From positions 3,891 through 67,890 of IMG/VR virus record IMGVR_UViG_3300001683_000028: a stretch of DNA of 64,000 nt. The stretch is one strand, 5' to 3'. Every line of letters starts with the position of its first letter. Position 1 is the first letter of the stretch. The notes under the pieces were generated by a model that worked only from the letters and a program-made list of their open reading frames with translations, made no database searches and was not told where the DNA came from. A program made the translations under genes and the position numbers. This DNA comes from a virus. This document shows positions 19,174-28,500 of this stretch, one piece after another.

Positions 19174-19944
19174 ATGTTAAAGTTATCTGTATCCTCAATA
19201 GGCACGTTTGAAAAGTGTCCGAAGAAATATCATTACAATTATATTGAAAAGCCCAATATAATTAGGCAGAAGTATGATTTTACTGAATTTGGGTCATGCG
19301 CTCATCAGATTTTAGAAAATTTTCATAATTATATTCTAGAGAACCCAAGTGTCAAGAAAGAGGATTGGTCTTCGATAATGAAGAGCAGCTTTGTTGATGG
19401 TGTGAAGAAATTTGATATAAATCTATTAAGTGGTGACACCTGGGCTCCAGGCGGAAGTATGCCTGGAATAAAATTACTTAAAAAAATAATGCAAGATTAC
19501 TTAAATAAACTAAGGTTGGATGGAATGCCTAACGTAGTTGGGATAGAAACTCCTTATAAATTTAAGATAAAAGATGGAGCATTTATAAGAGGCTATATAG
19601 ACAGGATCGACAAAATTGATGATGAAACATATCATGTTGTTGATTATAAAACCTCTAAGTCCACTAAATATTTGACAAACTTCCAACTACTTGTATATGC
19701 AGAGGCAGTAAAAAGAATTTTTCCGGACGCCAAGGTAGTTCATGGGTCTTATAATATGTTAAAGCATGGATGCAAGCTGGTTAGCTGGAAGTTTACAGAT
19801 ATGGACCACAAAGACTGCAATAAGACTCTGGGAAAAAGGAGTTTTCAAATTGAAAAAGAGAAAGTATGGGTAAAAAAGCCTTCTATGCTTTGTCAGTGGT
19901 GTGATTTTAAGAGCATATGTCAAGATTCATGGTCGGAGGATTAA
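19174..19944 (+). CDS. PD-(D/E)XK nuclease, Cas4/AddB-like with a 4-Cys Fe-S staple
   Basis: LSVSSI..CPKKY, G..H, GYIDRID, VVDYKT, QLLVY, CQWCDFKSIC. Confidence 0.85.
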   Translation: MLKLSVSSIGTFEKCPKKYHYNYIEKPNIIRQKYDFTEFGSCAHQILENFHNYILENPSVKKEDWSSIMKSSFVDGVKKFDINLLSGDTWAPGGSMPGIKLLKKIMQDYLNKLRLDGMPNVVGIETPYKFKIKDGAFIRGYIDRIDKIDDETYHVVDYKTSKSTKYLTNFQLLVYAEAVKRIFPDAKVVHGSYNMLKHGCKLVSWKFTDMDHKDCNKTLGKRSFQIEKEKVWVKKPSMLCQWCDFKSICQDSWSED

Positions 19945-19947
19945 ACG

Positions 19948-20712
19948 TTGAGTAATTATAAGGGCGAAGTTCGCATGTATGACGAAGTTATATTTGTAGA
20001 CACGAAAACAGGCAGAGGTGTTGATCGGGTGATAAAAAAGATTACGCCTCTTATAGATGGGATGGCATCCAGATCTCATATCGCTGGGTATTCTTTTGAG
20101 GATATAAAGCAGGAGATATGCTTGCTCGTGGTGGACGGGGTTAAGAAATATGATCCAAGTCGCGAAGTCAAGTTGAGTACATTCTTGCATTGGCACTTGA
20201 AAAATAAGTTCATAACTAAACTAAAAAGCTTAAATACAATGGCGAATGATGCAACTTCAATGAAGGATGAAAAGATAGAGAGCTGCCCTTGCGGAGGGGA
20301 CATAGAGAGGAACTCAAAGAGGGAGACTTTTGTATGCTCTTCGTGTAAAAAAATACATAAAGCTGTTTACAGATCTTCAAGAAGAGAGCTTATATTTTCA
20401 GAGATGAAATCAAGCTCTCAAGGTGAAGATGATAGTGGTGATTATATTAATTATGTATCTACTGATGATGCAATATTCCCATCCAGATTTGGAAATATTG
20501 CAGGGCTTGAGACCAAGATATTTTTTGAAAAGTTGGAGGCAGTTCTTGATGAAAAGACGGCAAAGATTTTGAGAAAATTTTGCATAGAAGGGACAACAAT
20601 GCAAGAGGCGGCAAGGGCTGTTGGTATGACTGGATGGGCTGCAAGCGTTAGGCTTAAGCGAATAAAAAAGAATCCGCTCGCTAGAAAGATAATTTCATCA
20701 ACATTCGGATAG
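19948..20712 (+). CDS. sigma-70-like factor with a zinc-ribbon insertion
   Basis: Region-2-like FEDIKQE..VKKYDPSREVKLSTFLHW; CPCGG..CSSC insert; C-terminal HTH TMQEAARAVGMT. Confidence 0.75.
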   Translation: MSNYKGEVRMYDEVIFVDTKTGRGVDRVIKKITPLIDGMASRSHIAGYSFEDIKQEICLLVVDGVKKYDPSREVKLSTFLHWHLKNKFITKLKSLNTMANDATSMKDEKIESCPCGGDIERNSKRETFVCSSCKKIHKAVYRSSRRELIFSEMKSSSQGEDDSGDYINYVSTDDAIFPSRFGNIAGLETKIFFEKLEAVLDEKTAKILRKFCIEGTTMQEAARAVGMTGWAASVRLKRIKKNPLARKIISSTFG

Positions 20713-20714
20713 GC

Positions 20715-21671
20715 ATGAGCGCTAAAGAATTTATAGAAAATGAGAAAGATATTTCTAGATTTAAGCTAAAAGGCTTAGGAAGGGAGCCTCGGCCCTACAA
20801 GGTTCGATTGGCAGAGATAGAGAAAGAATTTCTTTGCATAGACTTTGATAGTCTGAATTTAAGTGAGGAAGAGTCCAGAGAGGCTGTAAGGTTATTTAGA
20901 GTTTCTAGGCCATCATTTTATATAAAATATAAAGATACATTATTGTGCGATAACACTTTCGATGAGCGGAGGGAGGGCACTCTCGATAGAAAAAGATATG
21001 TGTTTGAGCAGATTAAAATGTTAGGCTCAAATAATTTTTCTAATTATGATGACCACATAGAGGGTCTATTTTCTTATTCGAGATTAGTAGGGAAAAGACA
21101 GATTGCAAGATTTAGGTGCGGAGCGATGTCGGCGGCGATGTATCTAGAGTGTGGGATGGAAAAGATTTACTCTAAAGTTAGCAGCCTAAGTCCAACAAAT
21201 TTATTTTATGCAAGATCAATGATGGATATGCTCATTGATAATTTACATAAAAATTGGTATGCAAATTATAATTATTTTTTAGATAAAATGGATTTTGGGA
21301 AAATTAAACCATTGAAAACACTAATAGATAAGGAGCCTTGTGAGGATGATCTTGCCGCTGATGGTTACTCCTTTGTTACCAAAGTTAAGGGCAGGGGCAA
21401 TGAGCATATCAAAATTGTTCACTTAGATCTGCTTGGCAATGATGGTGAAGATTTGGCTTGTTATTTTTCTACAAAATTACGCGGAGGCGAACCCAGCGAC
21501 TATAAAGCGCTTGATTTAAGATATTCGAGTGATATTAGAGTTAGGCCACAGTTGTGCAAAGTAAGGTTGCTTGTTCCGAGCACGAGGTCTGAGTCTATAT
21601 CTATTAGTTCGCTAAACGCGGTAATTACATCTTTTTATGGTCAAATTTATAAAGAATATCATTCTTTTTAA
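20715..21671 (+). CDS. hypothetical protein
   Basis: 318-aa ORF with no motif recognised. Confidence 0.7.
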   Translation: MSAKEFIENEKDISRFKLKGLGREPRPYKVRLAEIEKEFLCIDFDSLNLSEEESREAVRLFRVSRPSFYIKYKDTLLCDNTFDERREGTLDRKRYVFEQIKMLGSNNFSNYDDHIEGLFSYSRLVGKRQIARFRCGAMSAAMYLECGMEKIYSKVSSLSPTNLFYARSMMDMLIDNLHKNWYANYNYFLDKMDFGKIKPLKTLIDKEPCEDDLAADGYSFVTKVKGRGNEHIKIVHLDLLGNDGEDLACYFSTKLRGGEPSDYKALDLRYSSDIRVRPQLCKVRLLVPSTRSESISISSLNAVITSFYGQIYKEYHSF

Positions 21672-21672
21672 T

Positions 21673-21682
21673 CTATTAATTT
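21673..21682 (+). promoter_or_regulatory. YTAYTAATW motif
   Basis: CTATTAATTT 2 nt after the upstream stop, in front of the 2115-aa gene. Confidence 0.55.
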
Positions 21683-21740
21683 ATCTTATATTTAGTAGTG
21701 AAAGTATTGGTTATCGTATTATCATTAAGGGTAGTAATAT

Positions 21741-24700
21741 ATGATATTTGCAGATAAAGAGCGTCAAGTTAAAAGATTCTTAAGAAAAATGGATTCGGAA
21801 CAGTTTGGCGGTTTATTAGAAGATATAAGATTATTATACTCAAGCCCCGGTGATGCAGATGACATCCTTGATATGGGCGATAAATATTTAAGCTCAGTAA
21901 ACTTAGCTTCATTACTTCTTTACGCAGATGGCGTTAACAACCTTTTTTCAAGCGGTCTAGATGTTTTGCTGCGCGATCTATCCGAGCTACATGAGGATCC
22001 GGACGATACTAGTAGTGGCTTGGTGACATCTGAGGGGCATATTGATAGCAGTGAAAGTTCAAAAATAGGGAGCCTTTCGACGCCAGAGGCCGTAATTGAT
22101 GTATGGGCACCGCTACTGGTCGATATTCACGAGATAATAGATAATGATGAAGATGTTGATGAAAGTCCTAGCGCCCCCAGCGGTGGCATTTCCGATAATT
22201 ATGGCGCTGAGCTAAAGAAAGATGATGAGGAGCTCGATGGTGACGATAGGGATGGCCTGAGTGAGCTTAGTATTAGCGATGAGGAGCGTGACGATAGTGG
22301 TGGCGAAGTCGTATACAGAACTGTTTATGAGCTAGATAGGATTGGCCTAAATAGAGATGAAGTAATTAGAATTATAAAGTATCAGTTTGGGATGAGTTTA
22401 GACGAGAGCGAAGAGTTAGGCGAGGTTATCCCCGAAATATCTTATATGCTTGAAGTGTTGCAAGATAAAATAATCGCACATTATAACCAACTAAATGAGG
22501 ACAGCTCTGCCTATCCAGATGAGGATCTTTTGGTGGCAGATGAGTCATTGAGAGGATTACTCAGGGGCTTTTTAAAGGATGACCCGAGGGCAGAAGAAGT
22601 AGCGACACTTGATGAGAAAGAAGACGGCGAAGAAGGTTTAAGTTTACCACCGAAGAAGAGAAGAAGAGTAGTCACGCCGGGAGGCCTATTGGTTGACCAT
22701 GCTGACAAAGAGAGTATAAAGATTGAATCTTCAACTGATGTATGGGCAGATGCCGTAGGCAATACTCTAATAGACCTTGAGCTTTCTGCTGACCAGCTTG
22801 CAGAACTTTCGCGTACAAGCTCTGGCGAATATACTTCCGACCTCTTCGCACCGACACAAGACCGGGTGGCAAGCGAAAAGGCGCAGATGCAATTTCTAAG
22901 GAGAGCTCGCAAGAAGTTTAAGGATGGTGAGTTTTCTCAATTTTCTTTGTTAAAAAAAATAGAGACCAGTGATATTGCCGAAGGCTTTAGTGACTCGAAT
23001 AAAAGCATTATTCATCCAATATTTAAAGAGACTATTGAAAGATTTTCGGGAGAATCAATTTTTCAAATTGATGATAGCGGAGAGGGCAAGCTTAGAGATG
23101 ATGCAATTGATATTATTGACTTTATAGATGATAAAGTTGTAAATCTACTAAGAAGTCTTAGGGAGGGGATTGGATATAGAATAAGAAGTTCTCCGCGTGG
23201 ATCTAAAATGCTTGAGATTAGAATCGAAAAAGCAAATATTGCAGCTGGGAATGCGATAGAGGCTATAAAAATATGGGATGCTTTTAATGATATTCAGTCC
23301 AATAGGTTGGGCGCTAGAATTACGGACAACCTTAGGGTTATAAAAAGAATTGGAGAGGGAACCCAGGCATTTGAGCATTTGGTAGAAATTATTATTATGG
23401 GGTCTTTAGTTTATTACCAGGGTAATAAGTTCGGGAAAGTAATAGCAAAAAGGGCAACTATTATAGGCGCGGATGAGTCGAATCTAAGCGAAGCTTTTTA
23501 TAATAATTTAAGATCCCAGATATCTGGGAAGATTAGAGATGCACTAAATATTAGAAATCATGACGGATGGACATCTCCATTTATAACGCTTTATGCCGCA
23601 ACAAATGTTAATGTCAAATATATTTTAGATGGAGCAGTTCGTGATGTAAACAAAGATTCGACAGGGTCCTCTTACATAAGTTGTCCGCTTTGCAATAAGA
23701 ATATAAGATATAAAAATTTTGGGAAAAAAGGTGGAAAAAGCGAGCGTGTTAGCCATGATTATAAAATTAGAGAGCACTCCCTGGTAAGAAAGGACCGCCA
23801 GGAGTCTGCTGGAGGAGTTACTACTCAATATCCGGGAGGCATAATACCAAGGGATGATCTTTTTGGTCACCCAGGAGTTAGGGTTGACGGAGAGATTGAG
23901 TTAATAAGTTGGAGTAGAGCAAAAGAAATGCTGGCGTCAACAAGCAGTGTTGAGCAGGAGAGTGGTAATAGGGCTAGAAATAAAATACTAAAAGATCTAG
24001 GCGGAGAGCCGCTATATCATGGGGATAGGTATGTTTCTAGTACAAAGTTTGCTTGCCCAATGAAGGACTACGATATTCCCGAGGGGTCAGTTACGGCAAG
24101 GGAATGCGGATATTCGTTAGACATTAGCAGTGTGGACGATAGTTTTGATATCAACCCGACAAACTTTAAAACCAAATTTAGCGCGAATATTCCTGGGACT
24201 CAAGAGCCTGAAGATTTCTTCGAAAGAATAAATGAATCTAATATTTCAGAAGAAGGCAAGAGCGTGATATCAGATTATGTAACTAGGAAAAGATCTGGCG
24301 GGTGGAATTTTTCAAGAACTAAATTTGCATGTCCATGCCATATAGAGCCGGAATCATTTTCCAAAGATGATATGAAAATGTTTCGAGAAAGATTTGGTTC
24401 TGCGCTACTTTTGATCCCTCATATTGGTTTTGCAAAAAGAGATACTCTCGAATCATTAGGCGTGCTTGAGAAGGCCTTGAGCCCCAATAACTTGGAATGG
24501 GCATATCATCCACCAACAGATTCTAGCGGGCAGAGTAGGCTTTTTGAAGAAGGCTCTTCGGGGTACGTTGTTTGCGGAGCATCGACCTCAATATCATCTT
24601 TTCTAAGAGGTAGCGGACAATTTTCTTTAAAGTCTCTCGTGGAAAGAGCTAGAGATACAAAAGGAGAGCCTGAGGTAGAAAAGATTATTAGCCAACTTCT

Positions 24701-27700
24701 AAAGTTAGGGGTAGATGTATATGATATAGTAGAGATGGATCTATTTTTTGAGAGCACGCTGGATAAGAGCAGCAGACATTCGTTAGTTAACAATTTATTA
24801 AAATCTGCTATGGCCACGAGGGTTAGCTCCAATACTGGCGATGAGAGTATTCTTGATATTATTGGCGACCTTGGGCTGAGGTGTGGTGAGGGTCATATTT
24901 TTACGATAGGGCAGTCTGTTAGGGTCGGAACCACTCATGCCGGAGTGTCACCAGGGCCTGAGATGACAAACCCAGATGGCGTCTTAAGCAGGTCTGGCCT
25001 TGATAGCTTTAAGTATATCGGTGAGAAATATTTTAGGCCAGTTACTTTAGAGTCTGATCTAGAGAGGCTTCGGAGCACCATTGACGGAGGCAGTTCTTAT
25101 TCTGGTTTCGCTCTTAGCGGTGTTAAATTCCCCAGTCCAATTGGCGATGGAAGTATGGTTTCATTTTCTAAATCAAACGAGTCGAAAATGAGAAGCAGAG
25201 CGTTTGTATCCGGGAACCTTCCCGATAAGTCTTCGGTGTATAGTTATGATTCTCCAGAGCGTGTTGATAGCGCATCTACCAAGTGGAGTGGAGAATATTC
25301 ATCTGGCGATGCTGGGGATGTCGCTGCGGAAGATTCTAATCAGGCCGAAGATAGAGTTATGATCAACAAGGAGAGTCTGGCAGATATTGTTGGCCATATC
25401 TTTGAACTATTAAGCGGAGTATTAAATACGGCAATTTCGCTAAGAAGAACTTCTCAATCTCTAAATATAGAATCTGTATTATTAAGCGATGAAGAAGAGT
25501 GCTGCAGCGATGAAGATGTTAAAAAGATAAAAGATGTATTTTCTTTGCTCTTCAAGGCCCTGGGTGCGACTGATGGGAATATAGAGAGCCTTCTCTTAGA
25601 TCTGGATAATGAGCTAATAAATCGACTTAAGGGTCAAAAAATATCTGCGATAAGAGGGTATGGTAGAGTTGGAATTGAATCAATTTTTACAAGAATTGTG
25701 GTTGAAAATTTAGAATTACAGTTTAAAGACGTTATCGATGCAGAGACTATGAATAAAGCAAAAGAAGCAGTATCAAAGTCTGTAGAAATATTGGTGCCAA
25801 GAGGCTACGAATATAATGATTTATTTCCAGAAGACTCTGGTTCAAAGTCTCGAAAACAAGGAATAATATTAAGGCGAAGAGCTGAGCATGTTGGCAGACA
25901 AATAATGGGCGGATCTGCAAAATATTTTGCAGACGTAGTTGCCAGTATTTTTAAAAATAGATTTAGCGAAAAATTATCATCATCCATGTTTTCTGGGCTC
26001 AATATAGACATTGACATTTCTGATGGGGATTCAGTTATTAATTTAGACTTTTCTGATATTGCTATATTAAAAAGCGAGGATTATCTGGAGGAGTGCGTTG
26101 ATAATTTTAAGAGCAGCGGGGGAGACATCGAGACTCTCTACGAGAGCTATATTGATTCGAGAACCAGAATTAAAAAGGAGCTAATTAGATTTCGTGGAAT
26201 AGTAACTACCCAAAAGTATATGAGTGAAGGAGCCGATATTGCCTCACGAGGGATAGATGAGGCCTTATCAGTAGAAAGTGATGTAGTTAAGAGAAATATA
26301 AAAAGATATATATTTGGCGAAGATAAGATTATTAATGTATCACTGAGCCCGGGAAGTAAGCATATTTCTGGTGCTGGCCAAGGGGAGCTCGTAGGAGGGT
26401 ATACCTCGCCCGTTCTGGTTCCAAATTATAAGTTTGGTGATCCAGGCATAATTCATGTATTATCTGACGGAAGTACACTTTATGATACTGCTAAAATTTT
26501 AACTCAAGATGAGCATAAATTTTTTAGTTTCAGCGAGTATTCGGCAGGCTATATTTTAGCCCTAGTAAGGGGCGCGATGCCTTATGGGTGTGATGAGATA
26601 CCCGCTGACGTTCTCGGATCGCTAAAGGATAGGCTGGAAGACAGCCCGTGGGCTCCCTGTTTTGTAAATAGAGTTATTGACGGGAAAGCTCCGTATATAT
26701 TAAAAGAGTCTTATAAATTAAGCATATTAAATCATCCAAAAACTAATAGAGTAAGGGATGATGATAATGAGTTATATTATGAAAATAATGACATCGGACT
26801 CAATACTATAGGAGGAATACAGCTTGGGCAACAAACCTCTTCAACTGCAAAAAATGGTGTAAGCAAGCTGTATCCTCCAAGCCCTTATGCCTCTACTAGT
26901 GTGGGGATTCCGTTACCGCTTGACTATTCTGGCTCTTATTCTAAGTCAAGCGGTACATTTAATATTCCTCATTTATATACAGTTCGTGAGGATTCAGATG
27001 AGTATAGCGAACCTAAGTTTAAAGTTCCTATCCAGGAGTGTAATTCTCCAATTGATATTGGACTGGAGGATGGCCCAATTAATGCGGCAGATTTTATGAA
27101 GAGGTCTCCAAAATATGCAATTCCTATTTTTAACGAAATAGATGAGACGTATGAGGGCGCGATTAGAGACGCCGCAGATAATAAAGATAGAGCAAGAGCT
27201 ATTGTTGATAACGCAAAGATCAAAATAAAACAATTGCATAATAAATATAGGAATTTGCCCTTTGAGGTTGAGGCAGCAAAGAATAGAACGGGCACAAGTC
27301 CAAAGGGAGGCTTTAGAAATATTGGAGGATTATATATATCCATGTGGGATTACCAGACGATGTACAAGCTAGCTACATGGCCAGCATATTCCGTCGAGTG
27401 GGGAGGTCCAGGGAGATATTCTGATCCAAGTCATTACGAAAAGATAGTAATGTTCATATCAAATCTTTATAATCTAGAGTCAATAGCGAGCTCCATTAGC
27501 GACAAGACAAAGAGTGAATACACCGTAGAGGATGTATTAAATGGAGTAAGAAAGGGGATGAAGAAGGACCATATTGCAGGCAACTTCGGGCGTGGTTTGG
27601 GCGGCTTTTATTCAGTAGGCGCAGAGCTTGGCGAGTCTGATGCAAATATAAGCATTTATACTGATTGGGATTATCCAGGAGCTGGAAGTGGTGAAGAGGC

Positions 27701-28088
27701 TGACCTTAATTTTTCATCATATTCAGATAGGCTGGATAGGCTTGGGCGAATTCAAAGTCAAGATGATCCAGACAGACTTTCTCCGGCAGATATCGCTACG
27801 ATGAGAGGGCTATATGGGCAGACTGGTGGGGTTGGAAGCAAAGTTCAGCTAGGCCCTTATGGTGAAACAAAGGCATCTGATCCAACGCTTAGTGTTTATG
27901 CGTTCACTGCCAAGTTGCGTGATTTTATAACAAATTTTGCCCTAAAGTCTTCGGTTGGTAATAAAGAGTCTAGCAGCAAATATAATTCGAAATTTTTATC
28001 TAAAATTTCGGAGAGAAAAGGCGATCTAAGGCGTATAATATTTATGTCAGAGGTCGAGTCACTTCTGAACGAATTTAATAAACAATAA
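21741..28088 (+). CDS. very large hypothetical protein (2115 aa) with an acidic N-terminus and dispersed Zn-ribbon knuckles
   Basis: Uninterrupted ORF; CPLC, KFACP (x2), ECG, VCG and CGEGH motifs. Confidence 0.8.
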   Translation: MIFADKERQVKRFLRKMDSEQFGGLLEDIRLLYSSPGDADDILDMGDKYLSSVNLASLLLYADGVNNLFSSGLDVLLRDLSELHEDPDDTSSGLVTSEGHIDSSESSKIGSLSTPEAVIDVWAPLLVDIHEIIDNDEDVDESPSAPSGGISDNYGAELKKDDEELDGDDRDGLSELSISDEERDDSGGEVVYRTVYELDRIGLNRDEVIRIIKYQFGMSLDESEELGEVIPEISYMLEVLQDKIIAHYNQLNEDSSAYPDEDLLVADESLRGLLRGFLKDDPRAEEVATLDEKEDGEEGLSLPPKKRRRVVTPGGLLVDHADKESIKIESSTDVWADAVGNTLIDLELSADQLAELSRTSSGEYTSDLFAPTQDRVASEKAQMQFLRRARKKFKDGEFSQFSLLKKIETSDIAEGFSDSNKSIIHPIFKETIERFSGESIFQIDDSGEGKLRDDAIDIIDFIDDKVVNLLRSLREGIGYRIRSSPRGSKMLEIRIEKANIAAGNAIEAIKIWDAFNDIQSNRLGARITDNLRVIKRIGEGTQAFEHLVEIIIMGSLVYYQGNKFGKVIAKRATIIGADESNLSEAFYNNLRSQISGKIRDALNIRNHDGWTSPFITLYAATNVNVKYILDGAVRDVNKDSTGSSYISCPLCNKNIRYKNFGKKGGKSERVSHDYKIREHSLVRKDRQESAGGVTTQYPGGIIPRDDLFGHPGVRVDGEIELISWSRAKEMLASTSSVEQESGNRARNKILKDLGGEPLYHGDRYVSSTKFACPMKDYDIPEGSVTARECGYSLDISSVDDSFDINPTNFKTKFSANIPGTQEPEDFFERINESNISEEGKSVISDYVTRKRSGGWNFSRTKFACPCHIEPESFSKDDMKMFRERFGSALLLIPHIGFAKRDTLESLGVLEKALSPNNLEWAYHPPTDSSGQSRLFEEGSSGYVVCGASTSISSFLRGSGQFSLKSLVERARDTKGEPEVEKIISQLLKLGVDVYDIVEMDLFFESTLDKSSRHSLVNNLLKSAMATRVSSNTGDESILDIIGDLGLRCGEGHIFTIGQSVRVGTTHAGVSPGPEMTNPDGVLSRSGLDSFKYIGEKYFRPVTLESDLERLRSTIDGGSSYSGFALSGVKFPSPIGDGSMVSFSKSNESKMRSRAFVSGNLPDKSSVYSYDSPERVDSASTKWSGEYSSGDAGDVAAEDSNQAEDRVMINKESLADIVGHIFELLSGVLNTAISLRRTSQSLNIESVLLSDEEECCSDEDVKKIKDVFSLLFKALGATDGNIESLLLDLDNELINRLKGQKISAIRGYGRVGIESIFTRIVVENLELQFKDVIDAETMNKAKEAVSKSVEILVPRGYEYNDLFPEDSGSKSRKQGIILRRRAEHVGRQIMGGSAKYFADVVASIFKNRFSEKLSSSMFSGLNIDIDISDGDSVINLDFSDIAILKSEDYLEECVDNFKSSGGDIETLYESYIDSRTRIKKELIRFRGIVTTQKYMSEGADIASRGIDEALSVESDVVKRNIKRYIFGEDKIINVSLSPGSKHISGAGQGELVGGYTSPVLVPNYKFGDPGIIHVLSDGSTLYDTAKILTQDEHKFFSFSEYSAGYILALVRGAMPYGCDEIPADVLGSLKDRLEDSPWAPCFVNRVIDGKAPYILKESYKLSILNHPKTNRVRDDDNELYYENNDIGLNTIGGIQLGQQTSSTAKNGVSKLYPPSPYASTSVGIPLPLDYSGSYSKSSGTFNIPHLYTVREDSDEYSEPKFKVPIQECNSPIDIGLEDGPINAADFMKRSPKYAIPIFNEIDETYEGAIRDAADNKDRARAIVDNAKIKIKQLHNKYRNLPFEVEAAKNRTGTSPKGGFRNIGGLYISMWDYQTMYKLATWPAYSVEWGGPGRYSDPSHYEKIVMFISNLYNLESIASSISDKTKSEYTVEDVLNGVRKGMKKDHIAGNFGRGLGGFYSVGAELGESDANISIYTDWDYPGAGSGEEADLNFSSYSDRLDRLGRIQSQDDPDRLSPADIATMRGLYGQTGGVGSKVQLGPYGETKASDPTLSVYAFTAKLRDFITNFALKSSVGNKESSSKYNSKFLSKISERKGDLRRIIFMSEVESLLNEFNKQ

Positions 28089-28109
28089 AGATAAAAGGAA
28101 TAATGTAAT

Positions 28110-28397
28110 ATGATTGAGCGAGCTACTCCTGCGCCTATCAAGATTTTGAGCACAAATGAAAATAGTGACGTAACGTGTTGGGATATGGAAGATGCAAAAG
28201 AATATGTCAAAATTTATATGACGTATGAAATACAAATTAAAGATCTTCAGGACTCCAGAAGAGAGTGGTCAAAAGACTTTCTCGACGAAAAAGGCCTTCC
28301 GAAAAAGGAGCTTTCAACAGCGTTATCAGCAGCCAAAAAAGAGCTGGATATAGAGGTTGTAAGTGAGATATTTAATAATATAGCAGAGATGGTATAA
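28110..28397 (+). CDS. small dsDNA-binding protein, T4 DsbA/GapR-like
   Basis: Size and pattern EIQIKDLQDSRREW..EKGLPKKEL..AL resemble DsbA/GapR; by-eye similarity only. Confidence 0.45.
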   Translation: MIERATPAPIKILSTNENSDVTCWDMEDAKEYVKIYMTYEIQIKDLQDSRREWSKDFLDEKGLPKKELSTALSAAKKELDIEVVSEIFNNIAEMV

Positions 28398-28500
28398 TTT
28401 AAAAAAAATTGAAAAATCCAAAATTGTGATTAAATTATTTTGGCGCACGATGTAGGCGAAAACATCCACCATTCAACCTATTAGGTTTGAGAGAAATATA

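Noticed and set aside
19174-19944. Cas4-like nuclease as part of a CRISPR-Cas system
   Set aside because: No cas1/cas2, effector genes or array in the window; solo Cas4/AddB-like nucleases are common in phage recombination modules.
21741-28088. Giant ORF as a virion RNA polymerase or tape measure protein
   Set aside because: No NADFDGD/DxDGD catalytic motif or T7/N4-like motifs were recognised, and it lacks tape-measure periodicity and tail-gene context.
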